Shown here piece by piece: positions 32,665 to 47,807 of a stretch of DNA of 64,000 bases. The notes beneath the pieces are model-generated. The model had not been told where the DNA came from. It did no database searches and saw nothing but the letters and a program-made list of their open reading frames with translations. Made by a program: the position numbers and the translations under genes. The stretch's first letter is position 1, and each line of letters starts with the position of its first letter. Source of the stretch: the human T2T-CHM13v2.0 reference genome, Homo sapiens; assembly GCF_009914755.1 (NCBI RefSeq), contig NC_060945.1, one strand, 5' to 3'.

Positions 32665-32938
32665 CATAACTCATGGGTGAACAGACACACGGATGTCCCA
32701 GGGTGGGTGAGGGGGCATAACTCATGGGTGAACAGACACACGGACGTCCCAGGGTGGGTGAGGGGGCAAACCTCATGGGTGAACAGACACACGGACGTCC
32801 CAGGGTGGGTGAGGGGGCAAACCTCATGGGTGAACAGACACACGGACGTCCCAGGGTGGGTGAGGGGGCAAACCTCATGGGTGAACAGACACATGGATGT
32901 CCCAGGGTGGGTGAGGGGGCAAACCTCATGGGTGAACA
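32665..32938. repeat. 51-bp VNTR, about 5.4 copies
   Basis: Units CAWAMCTCATGGGTGAACAGACACACGGAYGTCCCAGGGTGGGTGAGGGGG starting at 32665, 32716, 32767, 32818, 32869 and 32920. Confidence 0.95.
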
Positions 32939-33692
32939 TGCCCATGGTTTTCAGCAACACAACTCAATGTGTTGATTGCAACCCATGGAAGCAGAGAGTT
33001 AAAAATAACTCCAGAGAAGGGGACTCTGTGGAAGAGTCTTCATTAAACTACAGTGCTGTTTCCCTTCACGTGAGCTGAGAACACTGCTGGTTGAGGTCCT
33101 TTGTGTCTTTACCAAACCTCACTCTGTCTTCAGAAAGTCATTTTCCAGGAGGTGTATAGAAAAGTTGAGAAACCACTAAAAACCAAGCCGACTTAAGGGA
33201 TATTTATACAAAATCCCATCCAACAACAATGGGATGCATGTTGTTTAAAGTGCACGTGGAACATCCACCAACATAAACCACCGGAGAGGCCTGAGAGCAA
33301 GTCTCAGTGTCCTCAGGAGGGATGAAATCACAGGAGGGCTGAGCATGCTGCTTGGCCACACAGAATTGGAAATCATTAACAGAAAGACACTTAGAAAACT
33401 GCCACATACTTGGAAATTAAATAACACACTTTAAGATCTATGAGTAAAAATATAAATCACAATGGAAATTATGAAATATCTGGAATAAAATGAAAATGAA
33501 ATCACCCCATATCAATACTTGTGGGATGCAGCTAACAAAGCATGTAGAGGAAAATGCATAGTAATTTGTTTTATTAGAGAAGAAGGCCTAAAATCAGTTG
33601 TCCGAGCTTCCAGCTTAAGAAGCTAAAGAAGCATATGTTGAACCCAAAAATAACTAGAAATAATAAAATAATCAAGAATTTAAAAACTCCAC

Positions 33693-34105
33693 TGTGTTTG
33701 TCCATTTTGCACTGCTGTAAAGGAATACCCGAGACTGGGCAATTTATGAGGAAAGGCCCACGGTTATCTGGCTCCTGGTTCTACAGGCTGTACAAGCATG
33801 GCACCTGCTGAGCTTCTGCTGAGGTCTCAGGAAGCTTTACTCATGGTGGAAGGTGGACGGGGAGCAGGCATCACATGGTATGAGGGGAGCAAGAGAGACA
33901 GAGAGGAGGGAGTGCCAGGCTCTTGTAAACAACCAGCTGTCCATGAAGTAACAGAGCAAGACTTCACTCATTATTGTGGGGGTGGCACCAAGCCACTCAT
34001 GAGGGAACCGTCCCCATGACCCAATCACCTCCCACCAGGCCCTGCCTCCAACACGGGATCATGGTTCACCATGAGATTTGGAGGGGACACATATCCACCA
34101 TATCA
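33693..34105 (-). mobile_element. MaLR solo LTR (MST-like)
   Basis: TGTGTTTGTCCATTTTGCACTGCTGTAAAGGAATACCCGAGACTGGG...CATGAGATTTGGAGGGGACAC...ATATCA. Confidence 0.85.
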
Positions 34106-34242
34106 CCTACCAAATAGAAAGTGGACAAACAGGGAAATAAATAAAACCAAACCTAGTTTTTTTAAAGACAAATGAAATTGGCAAATTTCTAACTTTACTG
34201 GTCATTATAAAACAAGAGAACAAATAAATTACCAATATCGGA

Positions 34243-34586
34243 TGTTATGGTTTGGCTGTGTCCCCACCCAAATCTCATCTTGAATTCTCACATGTTGTGG
34301 GAGGCACCTGGTGGGAGGTAATTGAATCATGGGAGTGGGTCTTTCCTGTGCTGTTCTCATGATAGTAAATAAGTCTCACAAGATCTGATGGTTTTATACA
34401 GGGGAGTTTCCCTGCACAAGCTCTCTTCTCTTGTCTGCCACCAAGTGAATTGTGCCTTTCACCTTCCACCATGATTGTGAGGCCTCCCCAGCCATGTGGA
34501 ACTGTGAGTCCATTAAACCTCTTTCTTTTGTAAATTGCCCAGTCTTGGGTATGTCTTTATTAGCACCGTGAAAATGAACTAATACA
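34243..34586 (+). mobile_element. MaLR solo LTR (THE1-like)
   Basis: TGTTATGGTTTGGCTGTGTCCCCACCCAAATCTCATCTTGAATT...GAACTAATACA. Confidence 0.9.
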
Positions 34587-35872
34587 TCAGGAATGAATAA
34601 AAGGTTGCCACTACAGAATCTGTAGATATTTAAAGGAAACCAAACAAATAATGCAAACAACTCTATGTCAATACATTCAACAGCTTAGATGAAATAGGCA
34701 AATGACTGGAAATGCATCATTTATGAAAAGGGATACAAGAAGAAATAGAAAATCTGAATAGCCCTCTATCAATTGAAGAGACTGGACTCATAATTAAAAC
34801 CCTTCCCACAGAGACAATGCCAATCCCGAATGGCTTTGCTATTGAATTCTACCAAGCATTTAGGGGAGAAATAATGCCAATCTAACCCAAACTTTTCCAG
34901 AAAACCGTGGGGTAGACACAGTGTCGGCGAGCGTGCTAGGGATTAGGGGACGGAGGCTGAGGCCTCACGGGTGGCAGGGACGCCCTTGGTGGGCTCTGGC
35001 CATGGACACAGACTCCTGGGATGAGAGGGGGACTCATGGAGGAACAGCCACGCCTTGACCCTGAGATGGCCTTGCAGGGAGGGTAACTGAAAATTTACCC
35101 ACTGGGGACAGTTGCCTACTTACTAAAACAGTTCCAGCCACCACCGCAGCCCCTGGAAGGCCATCCCCCCAGAAAATCCCCCAGGTCTCAGCAGGGCCTT
35201 GTCCACCTGTGCCCTCCAGTGTCGCCCATGTCAACCTCACCTAAGAGGGGCCTGACGCACGGTCCTGCAGGTGCGGACTCTGGGTCCTGACAGCCCATGC
35301 GGAACCTGGTGCCCCCAGAGGAGGGCCTGGGGCAGTGCCAGTTTTGGGGAATCATGTGCATCCATCCACCCACTCCATGATGCTTTCGTCCTGATCGAGT
35401 CCCTTGTCTCCCGCGCAGGTGCAGCAGCCCCTCCCTCTCCCCCCGCATTGCTGCTGAACGGGCAGAACCCTCGGGCGGGCGGCACACAGGGAGGGTGACC
35501 AGGCCTGGAGGCTGTGGTGCCCGGACCCCAGGCCAGCTTCCTGGAAGGTGACCCTGCAGGGTGGGCTCTCCCAGGTGGGACAGTGGGTGGGACAGTCCTG
35601 GGGCCTGGAGAGCCCCACAGCCCAGGGCACGGCAGCCAATGACCAGGCTCAGGAAGACCCAGGCATGGAGGCTGAGCCGGGACTGAGCCTTCCTGGGCGT
35701 GGCTGTGAGTTCCACCTGGTGACCCCCTGGAGGAGTTAGGCCACTGTCCCCCGTGACTTCTAGGTTAAGTCACTCATTCATAGAAACAGTCATGGCTAGA
35801 GAGCAATCTGAGCTCAAAACCATGTATCCCCAGGAGCACTACAGAAAAAGAGAATCAGGCGACCAAGGGGAG

Positions 35873-35878
35873 TTTATT
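35873..35878 (-). terminator. Poly(A) signal of KRTAP10-5
   Basis: AATAAA on the minus strand about 285 nt after the stop. Confidence 0.75.
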
Positions 35879-36162
35879 GGGGAGCAGGAGGAGGTGCTGA
35901 CAGGTTCAAGTCGAGGCCAAGTGACCTGGGGCAGAGAAGCTGGGAGGGAGGACAGGGGACCCAACAGGCAGGTGGGCCCCTGCTGGGAGGCAGGAGCTGG
36001 GGAGCTTCGAGGATGGAGATTCCTGGGAGTATGGAGGGGGGGGTCACCTCAGCACATGGGGGCCCCGTCCCAAGCGGGGGCAACCTCCTAACCCGAGTCA
36101 GGACCAGTTGGCCCTGGGGGATGTGCACATCAGCAACTGGACTCCTGGCCTGAGCAGAGGCC

Positions 36163-36978
36163 TCAGCAGGCCAGGCGGGAGCACGCGGGGCGGCAGAGGA
36201 GGGACACGCAGGAGGCCGGGCGGCAGCAGCTGGCCTGGTAGGAGGAGGCAGGGGCACAGCAGGAGGAGATGGGCACGCAGCAGGCGGGCCTGCATATGGG
36301 GCGGCAGAGGAGGGACACGGAGGAGGAGGGTCTGCAGCAGGAGGTGGTGCAGCAAGCCGGCTGACAGCTAGACTGCTGGCAGCATGAAGTGGAAGCCCCA
36401 GAGCAGACGGGCACACAGCAGATGGGTTTGAAGCAGACAGGCTTGCAACAGACAGGCACGTAGCAGGACTGCTGGCAGGGGGAGGAGGTGCAGCAAGTCG
36501 GCTGGCAGCTAGAATGCTGGCAGCATGAAGAGGAATCCTCAGAACAGGTGGGCACACAGCACACGGGCTTGCAGCAGACAGGCACACAGCAGGACTGCTG
36601 GCAGGAGGAAGAGGCACAGCAAGTTGGCTGGCAGCTAGACTGCTGGCAGCATGAAGAGGAATCCTTAGAGCAGGTGGGCAGGCAGCACACAGGCTTGCAG
36701 CAGACGGGCACGCAGCAGGCCTGCTGGCAGGGGGAGGAGGCGCAGCAAGCCGGCTGGCAGCACGAGGGCGTGCAGGAGCTGGTGCAGCCTGATTGGCAGG
36801 GGCTGGGCTCACAGGCCGCCTGGCAGCAGGGGCTGGACACACAGCTCACTGGGGTGCAGACCAGGGTCAGGCAGGGGGCGGTGCCGCAGGGGGGCTCACA
36901 GCAGCTCTCTGGGCAGTCGTTCACTCGCCAGGAGTCAGAGCAAGCGCTGGAGCAGACGGACATGGTGCACGCGGCCAT
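36163..36978 (-). CDS. KRTAP10-5: Keratin-associated protein 10-5 (271 aa)
   Basis: [19 protein letters not shown]...[10 protein letters not shown]; KAP10 repeats, length and gene order. Confidence 0.95.
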   Translation of the reverse strand: MAACTMSVCSSACSDSWRVNDCPESCCEPPCGTAPCLTLVCTPVSCVSSPCCQAACEPSPCQSGCTSSCTPSCCQPACCASSPCQQACCVPVCCKPVCCLPTCSKDSSSCCQQSSCQPTCCASSSCQQSCCVPVCCKPVCCVPTCSEDSSSCCQHSSCQPTCCTSSPCQQSCYVPVCCKPVCFKPICCVPVCSGASTSCCQQSSCQPACCTTSCCRPSSSVSLLCRPICRPACCVPISSCCAPASSYQASCCRPASCVSLLCRPACSRLAC

Positions 36979-37016
36979 GCTGGGGTGGGGAAGACGTGAG
37001 CTGGGAGCTGGGGGAG

Positions 37017-37151
37017 GTGTGAGTGAGTGAGTGTGTGAGTGAGTGAAGGAGGGAGTGAGTGAGTGAGGTGCTCAGGGCTGTGGGGCTTTTAAATCCCTCC
37101 CTGGCGTGTGTTGTCCTGACAGGAGGCTCCACAAGCTTCTCTTCCTTGTTG
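37017..37151 (-). promoter_or_regulatory. KRTAP10-5 proximal promoter
   Basis: TTTAAAA (TATA variant) 37087-37093, GGACAACA 37109-37116, CAACAAGGAAG 37141-37151, (CACT)n leader. Confidence 0.75.
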
Positions 37152-39189
37152 GTGTTTAGAGCTGGTGGCTGGAGATGCGTCATTCATGCTGGTTTATCTG
37201 TTTGTTTTTCCCTCATTAAACTTGTGTGTATGTTGCAGGGCCGTGTTTCTTCATCGGTTCTTATTTTAGCCCCAGAAATGTGGTGGAAAATATTTCAAGC
37301 AAACTTTTGTTGAGTAGAGGTTTTAGAGATGAAGACTTCTCTAAAGGGAGGAATTCTAGTTTCACCTATCCTGTGTTTGGACTGATTGGATATATTTTAT
37401 TACTTTTAGCATATTAAAATATAAATAGGTAGAAAAATATACATTTCTTATAAAATGCAGCTGGCACAGAGGGTACGATGAAGCTAAGTGGCCCTCTCTT
37501 CAACCCCTTGTGCCTCGTAAGGGGAATGCTCAGAGATTTGGTATCTGGTGGATCTGTGCTTTATCCTTGTCTCTTCAGCTCTTCCATGCCACCCTCAGAG
37601 CCCTCTCTCTGTTTTATATGAAGCTGCGCTCTGGGTTTTCTCCATTTTTATTTCCTCATGGTGACAGATCAAGTACTTTTTCACATATGGTGATTTTAGG
37701 ACATACATTTTAAGATTTCTTTCTTGCCTAAAAATGTACTCAACTTTACCCTCACACTTATATGATAGTTTAGCTGGGTATATAATTCTGGTTTTAAGTC
37801 AGAATTATTATTATAAATAATAACAAAAAATCTGTTTTCTCAAAATGATGAACCTGTGTCACCATTTTTCTGTAGTGTCCAGCGTTGCTGATGAGAGACT
37901 GAGGTTGGTCATTTGTCATTTTTTATAGTTTGTCTCTCTCTCTCCGTTTAACTCTCTGGGAACATTTGGTTTTCTTTTTATTCTTCTTTTGTTTCTATGC
38001 GTGTGCATTATTTTACTTTCTGTGGTTAGAATTCATTGAGCCTTTCAATGTGGAGACTCAGGAAGTGTTTTGCGCTCTTAAAAATAACTCTTATCTCTCA
38101 AGGTCTTTCCTTTTGTGACTTTAATTTTGTCTCACGATGAATGAAATACATTTTTGGCTCACTGTAATGATGTTATGTTGAGCATTTAAACGTTTTTCCC
38201 CTCGTTTCACTGGACATCAGTTAAGCTCTGCTCATTGGTGGCAGTTCATTTGATTTTCTGAGTAAAAGACTATTTTATTCCAGGGCATTGGGGTCCTGAT
38301 CCAGTTTACATTCTAATTTGTTTCCATCTGTTTCTCTTTTCTACAAATATATAAAGGATTTTAAAGAGCCTCCCTTTTTGTTAGACAATTTTGATTTTAT
38401 TTTTTATAACTCTTTGAATATCCTTTCAGTGATTATTAGTAGAGGTTGTGCGAGAACTGTGTGCTTAACCCACTTTCTGGGACTGAAGGACTCGATGCTC
38501 CTTTCAGGAAATGACAGGAAAGCCAGGAAGGCTAGGATGACGTCATATCAGCGGGTGTGCTACAGACATGCACGGCGCAGGTGCGGTCTCCACATCAGCC
38601 ACCGCGTGAGTGGTGACTCTGCAGCCCATTTTGACAGTTGCAGAAATGATGAGAGAAGATAAGTAACCTTGAAAGAGGACAGCTGGCCAGCAGTGAACCT
38701 GACAACCGCGAGCTCTCACTCCTTTCCCTCACCGCCATACATGGCTCCGTTCTGTCACACAGCTCCCAGAAGAGTGCGTGCTTCCTGAGTGGCAGGCAGG
38801 GAGGGAGGTGGTCCTGAGCCAGCGGGATGTGGTAAGGCTGACATGGCTTCTGGGACAAGCCCTGGGGCCTGTATGATAATTTGCTTTAGTTTTCCCATCG
38901 CTATCTCTGGCAGCCTCCTTAATCGAATGGGTGTGGTGATTCCTTGTCTCTTTATTCCTATTTGTGATCCACGCCCTCTGTCGCTCCCTTCTCCTGGTGT
39001 CTGGACCACCCATCACTGTCCAAAGTGTCTTTCCACAGTCATTGCTGTGCCCACAACAGCTCCAGGATCTCAGTGTGCCTGATCTAAGTCCACGCCCTGC
39101 GCTCAGTGGAGACGTGTCTTTTTGGATCATGGAAATTTTCACTGGGGGCCACCATGGCAGTTTCCACGGACAATTGAATGATCACACCA

Positions 39190-39548
39190 ATTTCTTTCTT
39201 TCTCTCTTTCTTTCTCTTTCTTTCTTTTCTTCCTTCTTTCTTTCTTTTCTTTTCTTTTTTGACACATAGTCTCACTCTGTCACCCAGGCTGGAGTGCAGT
39301 GGTGCTGCAGGCCCCACCTCCCGGGTTCAAGCGATTCTCCTCCCTCAGCCTCCCGAGTAGCTGGGATTACAGGTGTGTGCCACCACATCCAGCTATTTTT
39401 CTTTCTTTCTTTCTTTTTTGTATTTTTAGTAGAGATGGGGTTTGGCCATTTTGGCCAGGCTGGTCTCGAACTTGTGGCCTCAAGTGATCCATCTGTTTCA
39501 GTCTCCCAAAAGTGCAGGCATTACAGATGTGAGCCACTGCACCCGGCC
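39190..39548 (-). mobile_element. Alu with (GAAA)n-type tail
   Basis: Antisense Alu dimer with a short internal deletion and a TTTC-repeat tail at about 39190-39260. Confidence 0.92.
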
Positions 39549-40124
39549 AGATCACATCATTTCTTAAATCAAGCAGACACTCTGGGGATCTGAGCTGAGC
39601 TGAGCTGCAGGGATTAAACAGCCCTGGCTGGGGGAGGGAGGTGCTGGGAGGGGATGTGAGTCTGGAGGGCAGGGTGGCCCACGGCCGTGTCTTCTGCAAG
39701 TGACACACGTTTGGATTCTTCTTTTCCAAAATGTAGTCTTTTGTTTTATTTGACTCCCTTTCATCGTGGCTGGCTGCCCAGCACAACTCTGGAGACGCGA
39801 TGACAGCAGCCCTCTGGTCTTGTTTCCAAAGTTAACAGAAGCACCTCCTGCAGCTCCGCACTAAGCCGGTGTTGGCTGGTTTGTCGCAAAGCCTTGGTCT
39901 CGTGCATGCAGTGTTTTTTCACTCTAGTTTACCAAGAATTTTGCCTCAGGCTTTTAAAGAAGGAGTGAGTTTGTTCATGTATGTGTGTGTGTGAATGTGT
40001 GTGTATTAATCTACTGAGTGTTCCAGTGGCTTTTCTACTTCTATTTTATGAGTATAGTTAATGATACCCTTTGTAACTTGAGTGATCTAAGATATACATT
40101 ACTTGATAATGGCTCATTATCCCT

Positions 40125-40930
40125 TTTTCCCCAGCTTTATTGAGACGTAATTGACAAATAAGAATTATATAAATTCAGGATGTCTTGATATATGTACACA
40201 TTGTGTGATTACCACGGTCAAGCTAATTAATATGTCCATCACCCATGCAGTTACCTTTATTTTGTGATGAGACATTTAAGGTGGACTCTCTTAGCAAATT
40301 TCAGTGTTACTGCGTCACATTCTGTGTTACAGTCAACTGTCCCCGTGCTGCACATGAGGTTTCCAGAACTGACTCATCCTGCACAGCTGAAGCTGTATCC
40401 TGTCATCAACATCAAAGTGGATGAAGCACACAGTTCTTGCACACCTGTATTAATAATCGCTGAAAGGATATTTAAAGAGTTATAAAAAATGAAAACTCCC
40501 TGCACCCCCGCCCCTGTGAACCCCCACTCTACTCTCTGCTTTGCCGAGCTTGGCTTTTTTAGATTCCACATATAAGCGAGGTCTGCAGTATTTGTCTTTC
40601 TGTGGCCTGGGTCACTTCACCTAGCATAGTGTGTGCAGGTTCATCCATGTTGCCACTAATGACAGGATCTCCCTTCTTTCTATGGCTGAATCGTATTCCA
40701 TCGTGTGTATACACCACATTTTCTTTATCCACTCATCTGCTGATGGGCACTTATGTTGCTTCCATATCTTGGCTGTTGTGACTAGTGCTGCAGTTAGCAT
40801 GGCAGTGCAGGTGTCTCTTTGAGATCTGGCTTTAATTTGTCTTGTATATACAAGATTGCTCATCACGTGGTAGTTCTATTTTTAATTTGCTGAGGAGCTT
40901 TGACACTGTCTTCCATAATGGCTGCATGTA
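40125..40930 (-). mobile_element. L1MA/MB-type 3' end, antisense
   Basis: AGCTTTATTGAG..TAATTGACAAATA, TTAGATTCCACATATAAG, CCACATTTTCTTTATCCA. Confidence 0.8.
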
Positions 40931-43121
40931 ACAGCTTAGTTTTTCTTTAACATAGGCACATAGAATCTCTTGCTTTATCTTTTTAAATGGGATTGATTTA
41001 CAGTCCTCTCTCCCTCTCTCTCTCTCTCATACACAATTATTCCTGGTTTTGGCATCAGGGTCTCACCAGTCTTATATTAGAGGAATCCAGAAGATCTCTG
41101 TCTTCTTCTGAGCTCTGGAATATTTCAAGTATCACAGGAAGGTCTTATATTGAAGGCTGATGATATACACCTTTAAAACATCTGAGTCTGCCTTCTGAAG
41201 AATATCTTTCAATACCATTTCCATATTTTCCTGGACATCATTGTATTAAAAGTTTCATTTTGTTATTCAGTGTTGGTAATTTATATTTTTTAGAACACAG
41301 TCCATTCATTTATATTTTCAAATTTTAGGATAAACATACCCATGCTACTTTCTTTTACATAAAAACAAAAATCTCTGAATCTGTGGGCATGTTTCTTTTT
41401 CAATCTTTAATGTCTGCTTATTTTTATTAGACTGTATTTTTATTTTCTTTAGATTTTCCTTGATGAGCATCTGTGGATTTTTGTGGACATTTGAAAAGAG
41501 GGGGTCGTGCTCCTTCTTGTTAGAGATTGTTGAGTAAAAGTTTCAGAAAGCGTCATGGGTGGTAAACTTTCTGGATCCCTGTTGTTTAAGAACAGCCCTC
41601 CTCCTGACACCTGCCACAGCAGAGTCTAGGTGCAGAATTTCTTCCCTCCACCTTAGTAGAGGTTGGGCCACCAGTGTGTCTCAGATTTGCATAACTTTAA
41701 TCTTCTTGTGAAGCTTTTCCTCTTTCCAGAACCTGGCACTATTCTCTCCTTGTACTTCATTCATTTCACCAGACCCCTCCCTAGTCACTGTCATCAGCTG
41801 TGTTCATCCCCTCGGTCCCATCTTCTTTTAGTTCAAGGAACTTTTATTCCCATATGGGTTTGATGATTTTCTTCCATTCTTGGCTTCTCTCCCCACTGTG
41901 ATCCCAGGATCACAGACCCTGAGTCTCCTGGGTTCATCTCCCTTAGACCTCAGGCTTTTCTTGGCTTCATCTCTTTGTCCTTCTGCATTGGGTTTCGGTC
42001 ATTTTCTGAACTGGGGGTCATGGTGTCAGCTCTTCTGCCTCAGGGTCTGTTATGAGGACTGCCATTGAATTCCATATGTTTGGAGTGTCACGATTTCAGT
42101 CTCCAGGAATCCAAGGTGTTTTCCTTTCTTCTCCTTCTCCTTTTTGGTAGCACTCTCTTCTTGTTTCATGGAGTAACGGCCTCTTTGTTTCATGCATTAT
42201 TGTTTGTTTAGACTTTGCTTCTCTGTCATGCTGTGATTTCCTCATGCGTCTGAGGACCCTTAGTTGTTGTTCACGTTTTTAAGTGAGGGTCTAAACTGTT
42301 TGGCTTTCATTGCTGAAAGGTTCTCTGCATGTAGACACATGTCTTCTTCTCACAGAGCTGACACTGGGGCTCTCAGGGTGGGGCCTTGTCTGCCGCTGGC
42401 TGAGTACACGGGCTTTGGTTCATTTTGGCATCCAGAACTTCCTGGGGTGTGGTCTCTTCCTCTCCATCCTAGGACCCAGGCTGGGAGCCTCCTGGGCCAC
42501 CCCTGGCCTGCCTGGCTCTCCTGCTGGACTCAGGGCACCAGGCGGTTCTTCTTTAGAACTCAACCCTCAGTTAAAGACGCCTGAGTGCCCATGGCTGTCC
42601 TCATGTGCTGTCCCTGTGTCAGGGTCTCTGGGAAAAGCCATTTGTCTTCAGTCCTGCTTCTGCCTTTCTTTCTGTTGAATTTTACAGTCAAGAAAACCCG
42701 ATCTTTTTGTCTTGTCTGTCACAGAAAATCCTTACTGACCTGGTCTGCAGATGGCATGCCTGTTTTCTATCACTGTTCTGGTACCATTCATTTTTATTTG
42801 GATGAAGGGGAGGTGGAGGCATTGGGGAGTAGCCAGCCCAAACAGAGGGCTTAGGCTTTTAAAAAAAATTTACCAAGAGAAAATTCACAAGCCATGAAGC
42901 TCACCTGCTGCAAGGACATAATCCATTTGTTTTTAGCGTATTCCCAGTGTTTCTCAGCCATCACCAATATATAATTTTACAGCATTCCTCCCTCCAAAAA
43001 AATCACACCAATCAGCACCACTCCCCATGTGCCCCTCCCCCAGCCTCAGGCACCTACTCATCTACTTTCTTTCTCTGTAGATTTGCCCATCTGAGCCTTT
43101 CATACAAGTAGAATCCCACCA

Positions 43122-45604
<2,483 letters not shown>

Positions 45605-47546
45605 AAATAGAATGTCACCACATGTGGGCTCTCACTAAGCATCATGCTTTCAAGGCTCATGCATGTTGTAGCCTGTGTCAGTATTGGATTCCTTTTCATG
45701 GCTGAATAAGATTCCCCACGGGAATGGGCCACATTTTGCTTGTGTGGATGGGCTGTGTTTTGCTTTGTCCTCTGATGGACATTTAGGCTTCTTCCACTTC
45801 TTGGCTGTTGTCAGTCATGCTGTGTACATGGGTACACCAGTCTCTGGCTGCTGTCAGTCATGCTGTGTACATGGGCGCACAAATCTGTGTGTGGACATTT
45901 GTTTCATTCCTCTGAGGTAGATGCCTAGAACTGGAGTGGCAGGATCACAGGGTCACTTTGTGAGTGACCATTTTGAGGGACGGTTTTCCAAGGTGCTTTC
46001 ACTAGGAGTTGAAGCTCTGATGAAGCAGAAGACACATCGAATGAGGACCCAGAGCAGGGGTCAGAGGTGAGACCCCCCCACCAGGAGATGTCCTCCCTGG
46101 GGATGGCCAGACAGGCTGGGTCCTGTCGGTGCCTCGGACGAGGGCAGGTGGGGACAATGACAAACATGGAGGAGGTCAGAGAGCCAGCCCCGGCCCCTCC
46201 ACCTGGCTCTCTGTTCTGACCTTGTAGCCATCAGTGGGCATAGTGAGGTGGGTGGGGCTCAGACACGCATGTGTGGGGAGCCCCTCCCCAGGATGGTCCT
46301 GGAGCCCTAGGATGAAGGCTCGGCCCCTGCCAGCTACCCGGAGAACCAGGGCAGGAAGAAAACATCTCTGCCCCTGGAGGCTCTCATTTGTCCCTTCATG
46401 GGGACGTGGCTTTGCTTCCAAGGAGGTGGACAAGGCTGTGTCAGTTTGGCCTCCGGCCCTGGGGACGGCTGCTGCTGGCTGTCCTGGGTCTGCCTGGAGG
46501 GGAGTGAGCGAGGCGGCTGTGCTGACCACAGGGAGCTCCATGGGGTGGGACTCCGGGAGGTCCTCCTGCTGGTGCTGGTCGCCTCTGGCGTTGACATGCA
46601 AGGGTCATTTGCTGGGGCAGGAGGCAGACCTGGGCTCTCAAATGCACACAGCGACCTGGCAGAAAGAGTGCAGCGGCTCGTACCACTCGCCCAACGCGGT
46701 ATCGTGGACCACGTCTGAGTGCCAGAGCGGAGGGTGGCAGACAGAGCTGAGGGCTATTTGGAGAGACCTAGGAGGCTGGGGGTGTGGGGACAGGGTCCTC
46801 GGGGTCAGAGTCCAGGACCACAGGACCAGGAGGGAGCCAGGACCCTGAAAGTCTAGGCGAGGCCGCATGGGGCAGGGGGGCCCGCAGGCTTGGTTAGTGG
46901 GTGCCATGGTCCCTGCCCATCTGTGTTCTCGCCAGCGATGCCTGAGCAATGGGTATTCCAGAACCCCACGAATACTGGGCTGCTGGGCTCGAGTCCTGGG
47001 GGAGGGCGTGGTCCCCATGTCTTACTGTGGAGGAGATGAGGGCTGCAGGGATGGGCACTGTGGTCCATAGCTGGTCTCCCCAGGGGTAACAGGAGGGGTG
47101 AGGCTGCTGGCTGGAGCTAGGCCCCGGGTGGGCTACCCCAGTCCTGGGGGGCAGCCATGAGCTGGGGAGGGTGAATGTGGCTCAGGGGCCCAGAGTGCTG
47201 CCAGGGTCCACTTTGTCCCGAAACTCCTGGCCTTGGTTCCAGAGGCAGCTTTCCTAAGATGGGCCGGGGGGCCATGTGCTGGGGTTGGGGGCCCACGGGG
47301 CTAAGAGGGAGACTGGCCTTCAGGGTTCACAGAGGCCAGCACCAGAAGGCATTGCTTCCTGCCTCATCCCATGCCCCTCGGGGGTCCACAGACAGGATGA
47401 AAAGTCGACAGAGACAGAGGGGTGGAGCCAGGCCTGCTGGGGGTCAGGACTCTCCCTGCAGTCAGGGGTGGCATCACTTCCCACCTCACCCTGTGCCCCC
47501 CGGGGGTCCACAGACAGGACAGAGGTTGGTGTGAGACAGAGGCGGC

Positions 47547-47552
47547 TTTATT
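47547..47552 (-). terminator. Poly(A) signal of KRTAP10-6
   Basis: AATAAA on the minus strand about 255 nt after the stop. Confidence 0.7.
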
Positions 47553-47807
47553 AGAACTAGAGGGGGTGCTGCCCAGGGTGGAACCAGGCCTGCTGGGGGT
47601 TAGTTCTGCAGAACTTGGGTCTGGGGGAGTAGCTGGGGTCTCTCATGCAGCCAGCATCTGGGAAGGACAGGGGGAGCATCCTGGTCCCTAAGACAAAGAG
47701 CCTGCCCCATCTTCTGAGGGTGTCAAAGCCAGAGAGGGCAGAGCTTGCTGGGGCAGCTGGGAGGTCAGCCCCTGGTGGGAAGGGACTCCGGATCACATCC
47801 AGGGCTG

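Larger units (their letters stand above)
33150..34910 (+). mobile_element. Old L1 ORF2 relic interrupted by two MaLR LTRs
   Basis: TTGGAAATTAAATAACACAC, CTTGTGGGATGCAGCTAA, GAAATAGAAAATCTGAATAGCCC. Confidence 0.7.

Noticed and set aside
32665-32938. VNTR as a CRISPR-like array
   Set aside because: Head-to-tail units without unique spacers, in human DNA with no cas genes.
32482-33078. 198-aa repetitive ORF
   Set aside because: Translation of the 51-bp VNTR (multiple of 3, no stops); starts at GTG; no other coding evidence.
35874-36842. Shifted-frame Ala/Pro-rich ORFs overlapping each KRTAP (AASSLAAS repeats)
   Set aside because: By-product of the GC-rich repetitive CDS; starts are mostly GTG/TTG and stops vary among paralogs.
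45801-45880. About 44-bp tandem duplication
   Set aside because: Ordinary slippage duplication inside an old L1 3' end, with no sign of function.
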